A stretch of DNA of 64,000 nt from Lytechinus pictus (lineage: Eukaryota): assembly GCF_037042905.1 (NCBI RefSeq), contig NW_026974140.1, positions 1,304,001 to 1,368,000 of the forward strand. The letters run 5' to 3'. The first letter of the stretch is position 1; each line of letters starts with the position of its first letter. This document shows positions 53,066 to 64,000 of the stretch, piece by piece. The position numbers and the translations under genes were made by a program. The notes beneath the pieces were generated by a model, which worked only from the letters and a program-made list of their open reading frames with translations, made no database searches and was not told where the DNA came from.

Positions 53066-53496
53066 CATTAATCAGTCTCCCATAGGAAGTGGCCTCATAG
53101 AAATTCAACAATTTAACAAGATAAATGGCAGTTTTGGTTACGATTTCACATGAGTTCCTACAGAATCCACTCAAATCATAACCCGAGTGTCTGTAGGCCT
53201 ATGTATAAATAAAAGCATATGTGCCAATTGTATTCTGGATGAAATTGATTAATTGCTGAGAAATCAGTAAAATAAGCATGAAATTCTAGCCAGATGTCAG
53301 GTCTGTTTTTCAGGCAATTAAAATCCACTGTCTAACATGTGCTTTATCTGTGCTGGTGATCTGTAGTGTTATCGCATTTCAGCTTAAAATCAGTTTCACA
53401 GAGTTCAGTTAATGCAACTATTCAAGATCTACATCTATGATGATATAGTTACAATTAAGCTTGGTATTACAGACTTTCTCATGGAATCAGTGCTAA

Positions 53497-56400
53497 CAGA
53501 CCTGCCAAACCTGCCAAATTGTATTCTGTAATTTAAAAAAATTTATTTTTCCCCAAAAAAGTGTATTTCATAATAGAATGCATGGCGCACTAGCTCATCG
53601 CAGCACTCAAGCTGCATGCAAGCTAAAATGCGCACTGCTCTTGCAAATGAAAAAAAAAAAATGAAACATGTGTATATTTCACCCTGGTTTTAACTCTTTA
53701 AGAGCCATTGGCAGCTATAGTTGCCCATAGCCCTCTATTGCCACTGGCAGCTATAGTTGCCCAAGTAACTTTTTTTTGTTTAACCAATTTTACAGCCAGA
53801 AAATCAACACCATATTCTGTGTTTTTTATGTTGTTATATTGGCAAGGAATTCACAATTGATTTTGTTATATAAAAAATAGTGGTTTACATAGAAATTTTT
53901 TGAGTAAAATGGCATTTTTGCATCATTATTTTGAAGAGTTGATTTCGGATATTGCCGCGATCTGAATCAATATTTCTCCTATAGACACGTGTGATATAAA
54001 GGTTGTGTGTAGCAGTACACGTACTTCTATGGGCAGAGCAAAGGCGAGTGTGCGAAGGCATTCAGCTCAGAATTGACCAATGACAGAGCGGTACGATGTC
54101 TCTCACCCAACGCTACTCACCCATTCGCTATTGTTTTATGAATATTCATGAGCTATCGATCGGTTCTTTTGCAGGCCGGTATGGTAGTATTCTTGTGTCA
54201 AGGATTTTTTCTGCCTGCAAATGTGCACGCTTTGGGGGAGATTTTTTGGGGGGAGGGGGGGGAGGGGGGGAGGGGGGGGTGGGGGGAAAGGTCTTATACT
54301 TTGTTTTTTTTAGCATTCTCACAAAATTGTTCTCGTTATAAATATATGAGTAAAGAAGGCTGTCATTTCCAACTCTCATCGCACTGAAAACATCACACTC
54401 ATTATTTATTTAATAATTTATTATTGTTATTATTATTATCATTATTAGTATTACTATTATCGTAATCATTATTATCATTATTGTTATTATTATTATCATT
54501 ATTCTTCTCCTTCACCTTCTTATTATTAATGTTATTGCCATCAGAATCATCATCATCATTATGATTATTATTCAAAATAATTGTTGTAATCATATCAATT
54601 GCATTCCTTCTGCAGCCAAACTCTCTCTTCATAAACTTAAGATCAGGTAAATAACGGTTCATATTCGTTTGTGTTTTTATAGCCCAAACCATTAAAAAAA
54701 TGAATGATTGACATTGTTATGCTTATCAATATCATATTCAAACTTCTCACAAAAATATGAATCGTTCAATATTCTCCTCGAATAAAATAGGAAGAAGCAA
54801 AACAAATAAATGTGATAATTAAAACGGCCGATAATACCGCTTTATTCGTGTTTTGAGGAAAAGAAAGAAAGGGATACATTAACAAAACCGATCAGACCGA
54901 CCTGTTAGTTGCTGCATCATTGACGTCACTATCAAGGGGATTTTAAAACAACTTTAGAGAGTAGAAATGCAAATGATAACGATGATAGCGGGTTGAAGAT
55001 TACATTTCTTTATACCACGCATATTATTGTACACTATGTTATCTGAACAAATTATTTCTTTTACCACGGATAGTGCTACGAGCTTGGGAGGCCCTGGGCG
55101 GATGCAGGATTTTTCTGTAGGGGGGCAAATTGTTTTCTCTTTACCTGGGTCACCCATAAGAAATCAATACCGGAACCTTTGAAAGTATTCTAAAGTCAAA
55201 TCAAAAGACGCGCGTGAGCCCCGATTTCTATGAACATCCTGTGCTAAATTACTCTCCTAGATAATAGGTCAGGAGGGAGCGCGGATTAGAGATTCCTCAT
55301 GAAAGAGAGTCTGGGCATCTATTCTTCATGACTTGGTGGCATGAACAAAAGAATGTAGTCACGTAGAATGTTAACAGGTGGCTACTTTGGTCAGACCAGT
55401 AATACAGAACAAATAGGCCTATTTTCTTTTTGAAAATTTGTATTGATTTTTTGTTTGTAACTGATTTGCATTCCCTCTTCTTTGATTCACGACAAATAAA
55501 CTTTTTATTTCTTACTTCTGTGCACTTTGTCAAGAACGCCCATATTATTTTGTGGGATTTTATACCCCAAACTTGTAAGTATTGAATCTGTCAGACCCCT
55601 TTTTATCTACATTTCAATATATCATCTTTAGTTCTTTTATATTTTGTCTCCTTCTGACTGGCAATAACTTTGTTTGTTACACTACGAATAAAAAAAAATT
55701 ACAGAGTCTTATTTTGAAGACTACACGAATGAAAGGGTACGGTTGGCCGCACTTTGAAGATACATGGCTCTAATGTATTATTGTGTGTGTTTGCTTGGGG
55801 ATCGCAGCTGTGCTGTGATTGGTCACTTGATCGGCGACAATGCCCTTTTTTGGAACAGGTCGCTTTCTCGTACTTAAGAGGAAATAACTTGAATAGCAAA
55901 ATAGTATTTCATTCAAAAGAGCATTATTTTTGGTTATTTCTGTTTGTTCAATTTCATCAATAGATACGTCATTTGAAAGGGTAAACATTGAACTTTCATT
56001 TTATTTTCTTAATTTCTTGGTATCTCTACAATTCCTAAGGTTATTTGCTCTTTGAAATGTTCATGAACTCATAATTATCTAGGTTTTACTTATTGAAAAA
56101 ACATGATGTAAAATATTACATCTTTTCTCCATTTTTCCAAACGCGAATATGTTCATGGACCATAAAGTCCATGAACCATGCATCATTTCATGTGTAGAAG
56201 GTTTTATTATACAACGTACGGGTAAAGAATTATGACCGTTTTAAAATCAGTCGCTGCTCACATTTCGGTCAATTTAGGATTCCCTCGAATATCCCTGGCA
56301 GTAGAGGGGTATTGGGCCTGGCAGAGTAAGAGTTAAACAAAATGATTGGAAAAAAAAAGTCACCTGAAATTACATTGATCTAATAACCCTATTTGTGTAA

Positions 56401-56517
56401 GTTTTATGAAACAGTAAATAAATTACGATCTTTTTATTCTTTTACAAAAACAAATTTTTTAAAGAAAAAACGTACTGTCATATTTTGGTTGCAAAAACGT
56501 ACTGGTTGGCAGGTCTG
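53497..56517. mobile_element. Non-autonomous DNA transposon, CAGACCTGCCAA TIR
   Basis: cagacctgccaa...ttggcaggtctg; TGCTAA duplicated on both sides (GTGCTAAC if the ends are read 1 nt inward). Confidence 0.85.
53694..56332. mobile_element. TTAA-flanked element nested in the CAGACC element
   Basis: ttaa|ctctt...aagag|ttaa; subterminal ccctctattgcca / tggcagtagaggg; contains (ATT/ATC)n at 54401-54570; no transposase ORF. Confidence 0.72.
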
Positions 56518-56624
56518 TGCTAACTGCACTTACTTTCACTAAAGAGAACATGAGGACAGAAGTAAATAAAATGAAAAGCAGTTTGAACTGGCAGAGTCTA
56601 CTGAAACTCAAAAAGAGAACTTAC

Positions 56625-56717
56625 ATGAGGGTATATGTCATCCAGTTCAACAATATGATGTTGAAGAAGCTGCGCTGTGACCTTGTGAAGAGATTTTGGA
56701 GTTCGAATGTTTTCTTC
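56625..56717 (-). CDS. THOC2: THOC2 exon (EENIRTPKSLHKVTAQLLQHHIVELDDIYPH)
   Basis: 93 nt; tacag / gtaagt. Confidence 0.93.
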
Positions 56718-58111
56718 CTGTATGAAAATGTAGCAGATATTGAAATGCAAATATTCTATGATGAATGCTTAGCTTTGTGTTCTGACATTTCACATTCGGT
56801 GAAAGAAAGAGACACTCTATTCAACTCAGCTATGCCTCTTTGAATAGAGCATATTCCTTTTACTATCATGCGAAATCTTGTACTATTTCACTCGTGCACA
56901 TTTTTCATTTGCTTGGCACAGCTTGACTTATGAGCCAGGCTTCGATCTTTGTATAATACCCCTGGACTATATCCAGAAAAAAATACCAGCCTTGTGATAA
57001 TCCTTTCAAGGGCTATTTCCATCAAGAAAAATTATTTAATTGTTCTTTAAAGTTTTCCCACTGAGTGGAGACAGGAGAATGCTAGAGTAATTCATTTCAC
57101 AAAACCCTTACATTCCAGGCCAGGGTGGCAATTTCAAAGAATTAAGTAGAAAATCATATCTTGCTTTATTTAGTTTCATTAATTAACATTTATACGAAAT
57201 TGTATCAATTAACAATTGTAGAATTAAGAAGTTTGTTACATATATAGCACAGGATTCACTATGTTTCAAATTTGGACACTCAATAATAACCAATCAACAG
57301 TGTGTTGTTACATGTCATGTATTCAAGATCAGCTACTGATGGAACTGCTCCCCACTACAATAAGGAAACACACTCTTTGGCTTCCATTTCATATCTGCAG
57401 TTTGGTATAAAACAGTTTTTGAGAGCCAAGTTGCAAAAATAAGAATATCATTAGATATGAAAATGCTACTGCATTAGGTACTAACTGAACTCTCCTATTC
57501 GCAATTTGTTTTTGTTTTTTTTACAGTGATCAACTGATCCCGTAGACACCAAATTAAAATTTACAAGCACTACCGTAATTGCACCTGCATTAGCTTCATG
57601 CAACATATTGGAGACATTGAAAGAACTCTTACTTTCATGGCATCTATTCCATCAATAAATATTAGATTCAATTAATTTTATCAAGGGGCATCAAAAACTC
57701 AAGAACATTCTCTTCCCAAGAGAGGAACTACATACTGTACATTTAAAAGTAAATATTACAAAGTAAATTTGTCTGATGATTGCTCTCAGCATCAGGTTTC
57801 TCATAGTAAGTTGCACAACTAACACAAACAATGTCCTACTATCATCAATCAAATTAATATCAAATGGGGTTTATCCCTTACTATCAGAGCTTTCAAATAT
57901 TTGGTAGAGCAGAATTTGAAACAAAAGGAGCTCATAATAAGTGAGGAAAGGATCAAGACCATGCTCAAGAATAGTAATGCTATTAAAAGTAAATTTCCTG
58001 GAAATACAGTAAAATAAGGGAGAATTTGATACACACAGATTGGTACCATGAATGCTGGGGAAGGGGATATATAAAAGAAGCATCCTTTTTGATGAATAGA
58101 TTCTGACTGAC

Positions 58112-58272
58112 CTTGTAGAACTGAAACTTGAAGCCTAAGACCTGACATACTGTTAGAGGGTCACACATGTATGACCTGAGTAGAGGAATAAAGACATGAT
58201 CGAGCTCAGGAGCTGTCTCAAAGGCCTCTAAGATGATGTCAAGGACTCGGTTTGGATCAAGGTCAAATCCAC
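58112..58272 (-). CDS. THOC2: THOC2 exon (GFDLDPNRVLDIILEAFE...LGFKFQFYK)
   Basis: 161 nt; tttag / gtcagt. Confidence 0.95.
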
Positions 58273-60450
58273 CTAAATGGGAAAGAATGGAAATAACACT
58301 TTCTTCAGAAATTGAATCACCACAAATATATTTCGTTGTTTATAATACGAGGTACTTTGTAGAGCCTTAACCCTAAAAGGACAATGTTTCCGAAATGCCA
58401 AAAGATAGAGCCGCAAAATGTTATGACTTTCTTCTTTGAAGTCTTGTGCAACTTTATTATGCAAAATGTGTTATACAAAAGCCTGAGGCATACACATTGC
58501 TGCACTGAATGCTTTAATGCAGATACATGGCAACTCATTCAATCGCTGAAATCGTGTATGTGATCAAACTTACTATGTAATGAAATATCATCCATCTAAA
58601 CTTTTTTTGTATGGGTAAAAAGAGAAAAACTAAAAGACATATCAAAATAATCTTAATACTGTAGGCTCGTTTCGAGTACACGTGCACACGCAGTCAAGTC
58701 AGTGCATGTGTACTGAACACGGTAGCATCTGCATAAAACTTGCGTGGGAGTTGTAAACAAGTGAACAAGCTCACAGTCTCACATTAATAATAAGTTCTCA
58801 TATGTTGCACAAGTTTTAATGACTAAAATTCCACTTTCATATCCACCCTCGAAGTTCTGTACTTTGTGCAAGAAGCCACAGAGCTCACTCAAAAGTAACC
58901 ACTATTAATTCCCTGGTGAAACAGTCAAGAAAATTAGCTTAAATTTTCCTCTGGACACAAATTTAGCCACACACTCACTCACGTTCATGTTACAGCTCAC
59001 AGCAATGTGTTCTTCGAAGGTTTGAAGTTTGTTGACCTCAAGACGTCTCGTAAATTTTCTGATGTCATTGTTCTGACCTCTCTCCCCCTCTCTCTTATCT
59101 AACGGCCCTCACCTAACCCTTCAGACCCTTCTGCCCTTGACTTCTTTTCTCCCGTCTCTCATTCTTTCTTTCTTGTCTCCACAGTCCCGTAATTCCCCCT
59201 CTATCCCTTCCCTTCTATTCCACGCCGATCAGGTTGGTTTTCTCTCCCCTCCCTTTCTCCATCTCTCTCCCCCACCCCCCTCTCTGACTGTGTCTGTCTG
59301 TCTGTCTGTAGCCCCTCTCTCTCCCCATGTCTCTTTCACTCTCTCCCCCTCCTGATGAACTCTTAACTTTTATTCAAATGGAAACCACATGGCACCATTG
59401 TGTGGACAAGCCCTTTGTTCAGAGTGGGTTCAGTAATGAAGGGGTCAACTCCAGTTGTGGATTGTGCAATCAAAGATATGCATGTTTCCTGTGTTTTAAA
59501 GACTCGAACCATAGAGGTAGAAAAAAGTTGCAGCTGGTTTATTATCCCTTATGCATAGTAAATGCGAAATAATGTGGGCAAATAATGCAGTATAGATGAT
59601 TAAAAGGAAATTATTCTGGTTGTGAATATTATACATTACATAAATTAACATAAATGAAGGAATAAAATGAAACTGGATCAAATTCAAAATAATTTAGTTG
59701 GCTTGATTTTCTCCAACTCTTTCTCACAATCGAGCCCACCCTCTGCCCTATACATGTCTCTTTCTGACTCTCCCATCTCTCAATCTCTCCCTCCCTCTCT
59801 CTTCTCTCTCTAATCCCTTTCTCCATTGTTGCTCTCCCCCCCCCCCTTCTTTAATATCGGCTGTGGATTACATGCCCTTATTCAGGGTTCAAATAGGGGT
59901 CAATGATCGAAGTGCATGTAATTCAACTCCAGTTGAGTTGTGGATTGCGCAATGAATTCATTGTACAATCAAATTGAGCTTGTGTGTGTGCGCAGAGAGA
60001 GGAGTGTACACTGCAGTGACCATGCCTCGATAGGGATCGAGTGGTGGTAATGTCAGTGTCATCTCCGATCTCCCGCACAAACTTTTGAGTGAGATTGGCG
60101 ATTTTAATTTTGATATCAAAGCAATCTACAGTCATTTTCAACACTTTACATTTGCTTATATGAGAAAGAAAAATCAAGTAAAAAAATGTGAGTATTGTAA
60201 TCATCAGTTCATAAATTATTGGTAGAAATTTAGACAACGTAAGGAACACAAGTTATCATAACTTACATAGCTGGCCGTTTGTGTTTACAGCATGTACACA
60301 ACCGAAAAACATGCCATGTACACGTACATCAAAAATGGACTTTCAAAACAGGCCTACTTCTAACATCCATCCACCCTATTACGTACAGACACCTGTAAGT
60401 GCTTCAAATGCGCACTGAAATAATAGTCATCTAACTTATCACATACGCAC

Positions 60451-60584
60451 CTATAAGTGCTTTGATAGTCTTTGACACCTGAGAGCTTGTAGAAGGATCA
60501 CATGTGACTTGAGTAAGCTCCGAGACCAACTTAGCAAAGCCCTCACTCTCTTCACGTAAAAGATTGAACTTTTGTTGTTTGTAG
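60451..60584 (-). CDS. THOC2: THOC2 exon (YKQQKFNLLREESEGFAKLV...IKALIG)
   Basis: 134 nt; ctcag acceptor, gtgcgt donor; phase 2/1. Confidence 0.95.
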
Positions 60585-61270
60585 CTGAGTAAAGAAAGAA
60601 AAAGTTGGGGAAAAATTTACTACCCCCATGAATCAGTAGTAAAGAACTCTACTGAAAATCAACAGAGTAAAGAGACAAGTCAGCATATCCTCACATTGAT
60701 ATGTAATGATATCTCACTTTGTAAATTTTTTTTATTTCAAGGATGAGTTCAGAGATATGCTTTACAAAATAATTTTAATCAAGATTCTCCAAAACTCCAT
60801 AGACCTTGTGCTGGGCCCATCCAACTCACATATGCAAAAGTTTAGAAATAATCTATTACATGGCATACACTTTATCGAAACTACTCTTGCGCTGGTAAGG
60901 TGATGTTTTAACTACTACTTCTGATGCAATCTGGATAAAGCTATAAAGTTATATGAATATAACTGACATTAGTGTACATTTGAGAAAGAAAGATGGCATG
61001 CCCCTCTGCCAAAACTAAAAAAAGGGGACAATGTGTAAACATTTATTCTATAAGTACAGCAACAAGTTAAGCCAAAACCCCAAGCCTCTTTTAACAATGA
61101 GATTTTAATATGTCATATGGCTGAAAGCCTGCGATTGTTAAGCAATTCATACATAATTACAAAACATTTTTATGGCCTAAAACTCTTTTCTTGAACAAGT
61201 TTCAAATAAATAATACTAATAATAAGTGGAGCGCCTCTGGCAGTCTCACCTGCATTGCGCGATTCAATAT

Positions 61271-64000
61271 ATAGACGGGTCAATATATGGTTTGACCCGG
61301 AACAAATTGCAACAAATGATTTTTCAACGGTATTTTGTACTATTTGACCTCAGGAATAACATACTAAAAATCTACCAAAATCCGCATCCGGGAAAGTGGT
61401 TATTTTCAAGATGGCGTCCAAGATGGCCGTCATTCACTAAAAATGGATATGACTCACTCATTATTCACCCTAGAATCCTATTTGGATTCATATTCCATGG
61501 TCCAATGGGTAAAATAATTTATTTATACAAGTTAGAGTGCATATTAGCACTCCAGGCTACCAGGAAAATCCAAGATGGTGCCCAAAATGGCTGCCCTAGT
61601 CAAAAAATTCCACAATTCATCTAGTACTTACTTAAGTGGCTTTAATTTGGTTTCCATTCGATTGTTTTAATGATGAAGTAGTACGTCGGGACAAGTTACA
61701 AGGACAGCCAGTGGTCTGGTGTGTCGAAAAAACCAAGATGGCTTCCAAAAATTGAGTTTAAAATGGCTGTTAATCCTTAAAATGGACATAGCTCATATCA
61801 CATCCACCTGAGAGATATGATTTTGGTGTCTAGACCATGTTCAAATAATACATTGGGACAAGTTACAAGGACAGTCAGTGGTCCGGTATGTTAAAAAAAT
61901 CCAAGATGGCTTCAAAAAATGGAGTAAAAAATGCTGTTGCTACTTAAAAAAACCCAACATAGTTTGTTCAATATCCGGGAATATGATTTGTGTGCCTATA
62001 CCATTGGTTAAATGGGTCAAATAATAAATTGGGATAGGTTACAAAGACGATTGGTGGTCACGTATGTCCAAAAGTCCACGATGGCTTAAAAATAGTATTA
62101 ATTAACCGCGATGGTATTTAAAAATGAACATAGTTCATGTTTTATTCGTCAAGGGCATATGATTTTATTGCCTATATCATGGTTTCAAAGGCAGAAAATT
62201 AGTTACAAGGACAGTAAGTGGTCCAGTATGTCGAAAATCTAAGAAAGCTTCCAAAATCGGAGTCTAAAATGACTGCTGTTACTTTAAGAATGGACATAAT
62301 TCATTTAAAATCCATCTAGGAGATATGATTTCGGTGTCCACACTATGGTTTCATGAGTAAAATAATACGTTTGGACTGGTTACATTGATATGCAGTTGTC
62401 CAGTTTGCCTAAAACACAAGAGAGTTTTTTAAAAAGGAATCTAAAACGACTCATATCATTCAATAGTGGTCAGAGTTCTACAATATTCATCTGCAAGAAA
62501 TAATGTTGGTGTCCAAATTGTGGTATGAAGGGTCAAATAATACATTCGGACAAGTAACAAGGATGGTTAGTACCCCATTTTGTCAAAGAATCCATGATGG
62601 ATTCTAAAATTTCATTAAAATGGGTGCTGTTACCAACTCATGAAACGATATGATTACTTGTCCCCATGCATTTAAGTGTAGGCACCAAGATTATTTCTAA
62701 CAGGTAGATATTTTATGTAACAGTAGTCACTTTAGAACCCATTTTTAAAGCAAACTTGGATTTTAAGGCAAAATGGATAGCTGCATATCATGGTAACCAG
62801 TCCCAAAGTATTGTTTGGCCCTTGAAACCCTAGTGTAGACACCAAAACAATATCCCCAAGGTGTATTTATAATGTTCTACATCCACTTTTAAGTAACAGC
62901 AGTCATTTAAGACCCCCATTTTTAAAGCCATCTTTGATTTTTGGACATACCTGACACCTGACTGCCCTTTCAACTTAACCCAATGTATTGCTTGACCCTG
63001 TAAACTCTAGTATAGACAGCAAAACCATACCTTTAAGGTGTATTTATAATAAACTATGCATACTTTTAAACAGCAACAGTCAATTTACACCCCATTTCAA
63101 AATTAATCTTGGATTTTTTAACATACAGACAACTGACTGGTCTTTTAACTTACCCCAGTGTATTACTTGACCCTTCTAAACCATGTTTTAACACCAAACT
63201 CATATTCCCCAGACAGATATTAAACAAACTATGTCCTTATATAAGCAACATCAGACATTTTTTTACTCCATTTTTGGAAGCCATCTTGTAATTTTGGACA
63301 TACTAGACCACTGACTGCCATTGTCTTGTCCTAATATATAATTTTACCCTTGAAACCATAGTTTAGACACCGAAATCATATCTCACAGGCGGATTCAAAA
63401 CGAGCTATGCCACTTTTAAGTATCAACAGCCATTTTAGAATCAAGTTTTGAAAGCCATAATGGATTTTTGGTCATACCAGACCACTGACTGGCCTTAAAA
63501 CCTGTCCTAATGTATTATTTTGGCCCTTAAACCAGTGGTTTAGACACCAAAATCGCATCTCCCATGCCGATATGAAAGAAGCTATGTCCGTTTTAAGTAG
63601 CAGCAGTCAATTTAGAATCAATTTTTGGAAGCCAACTTAGGTTTTTTGCCCGACCATGCCACTGACTGTCCTTGTAACTTGCCCTAATGTATTAATTGAT
63701 CCTTGAAACCAGTGTTTTAGACACCAAAATCACATTTTTAGGCCGATATGAAATGAGCTTTGTCTGCTTTAAGTATCAGCAGCATATTTTTAAAACCAAT
63801 TTTTGAACGCCATCTTCGATTTTTGGACATATCAGACCATTGACTGTCCTTGTAACTTATCTTAATATATTATTTGACCCTTGAAACCAGTGGTTTAGAC
63901 ATCAAAACCAAATATCCCAGGCCAAAATTAAATGAACTATGTCCGCTTTATATATTAGAAGCCATTTCAGAATCAATTTTTAGAATCCTTTGAGGATTTT
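61271..64000. mobile_element. Foldback-like tandem-array element, truncated by window end
   Basis: Units with aaaatccaagatggcttccaaaa run forward ~61400-62640 and reverse-complemented ~62720-64000; begins right after a HINE terminus at 61221-61270. Confidence 0.72.

Larger units (their letters stand above)
696..60584 (-). other. THOC2: Span of THO complex subunit 2 gene (partial; 27 internal exons; both ends outside window)
   Basis: Spliced translation has Tho2 hallmarks I recognise ([87 protein letters not shown]). All exon phases join without stops. Confidence 0.97.

Noticed and set aside
54402..54692. Asn/Asp-rich 96-aa ORF
   Set aside because: Translation of an (ATT/ATC)n tract inside a transposon.

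Overview
AT-rich, repeat-dense eukaryotic genomic DNA. An invertebrate, plausibly a sea urchin, is inferred from the style of the repeats and is not proven. The whole window lies inside one minus-strand gene, THOC2 (THO complex subunit 2, Tho2). I traced 27 phase-consistent internal exons from 60584 down to 696 (3668 nt, about 1222 codons, no stops); the start and stop codons lie outside the window. One intron has U12 (minor-spliceosome) signals and one is GC-AG. The introns hold a decayed Tc1/mariner element, a 5'-truncated RTE LINE, two tRNA-derived SINEs, Helentron/DINE-1-like non-autonomous elements, TTAA-targeting MITEs, two foldback elements and several nested insertions with visible target-site duplications. 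Other notable items are a tRNA-like gene with a TCA anticodon, a perfect 93-bp palindrome over the Tc1 transposase stop, and a 4.1-kb foldback element with many RFX X-box palindromes. I found no convincing new protein-coding system; most ORF-track entries are repeat-derived noise.
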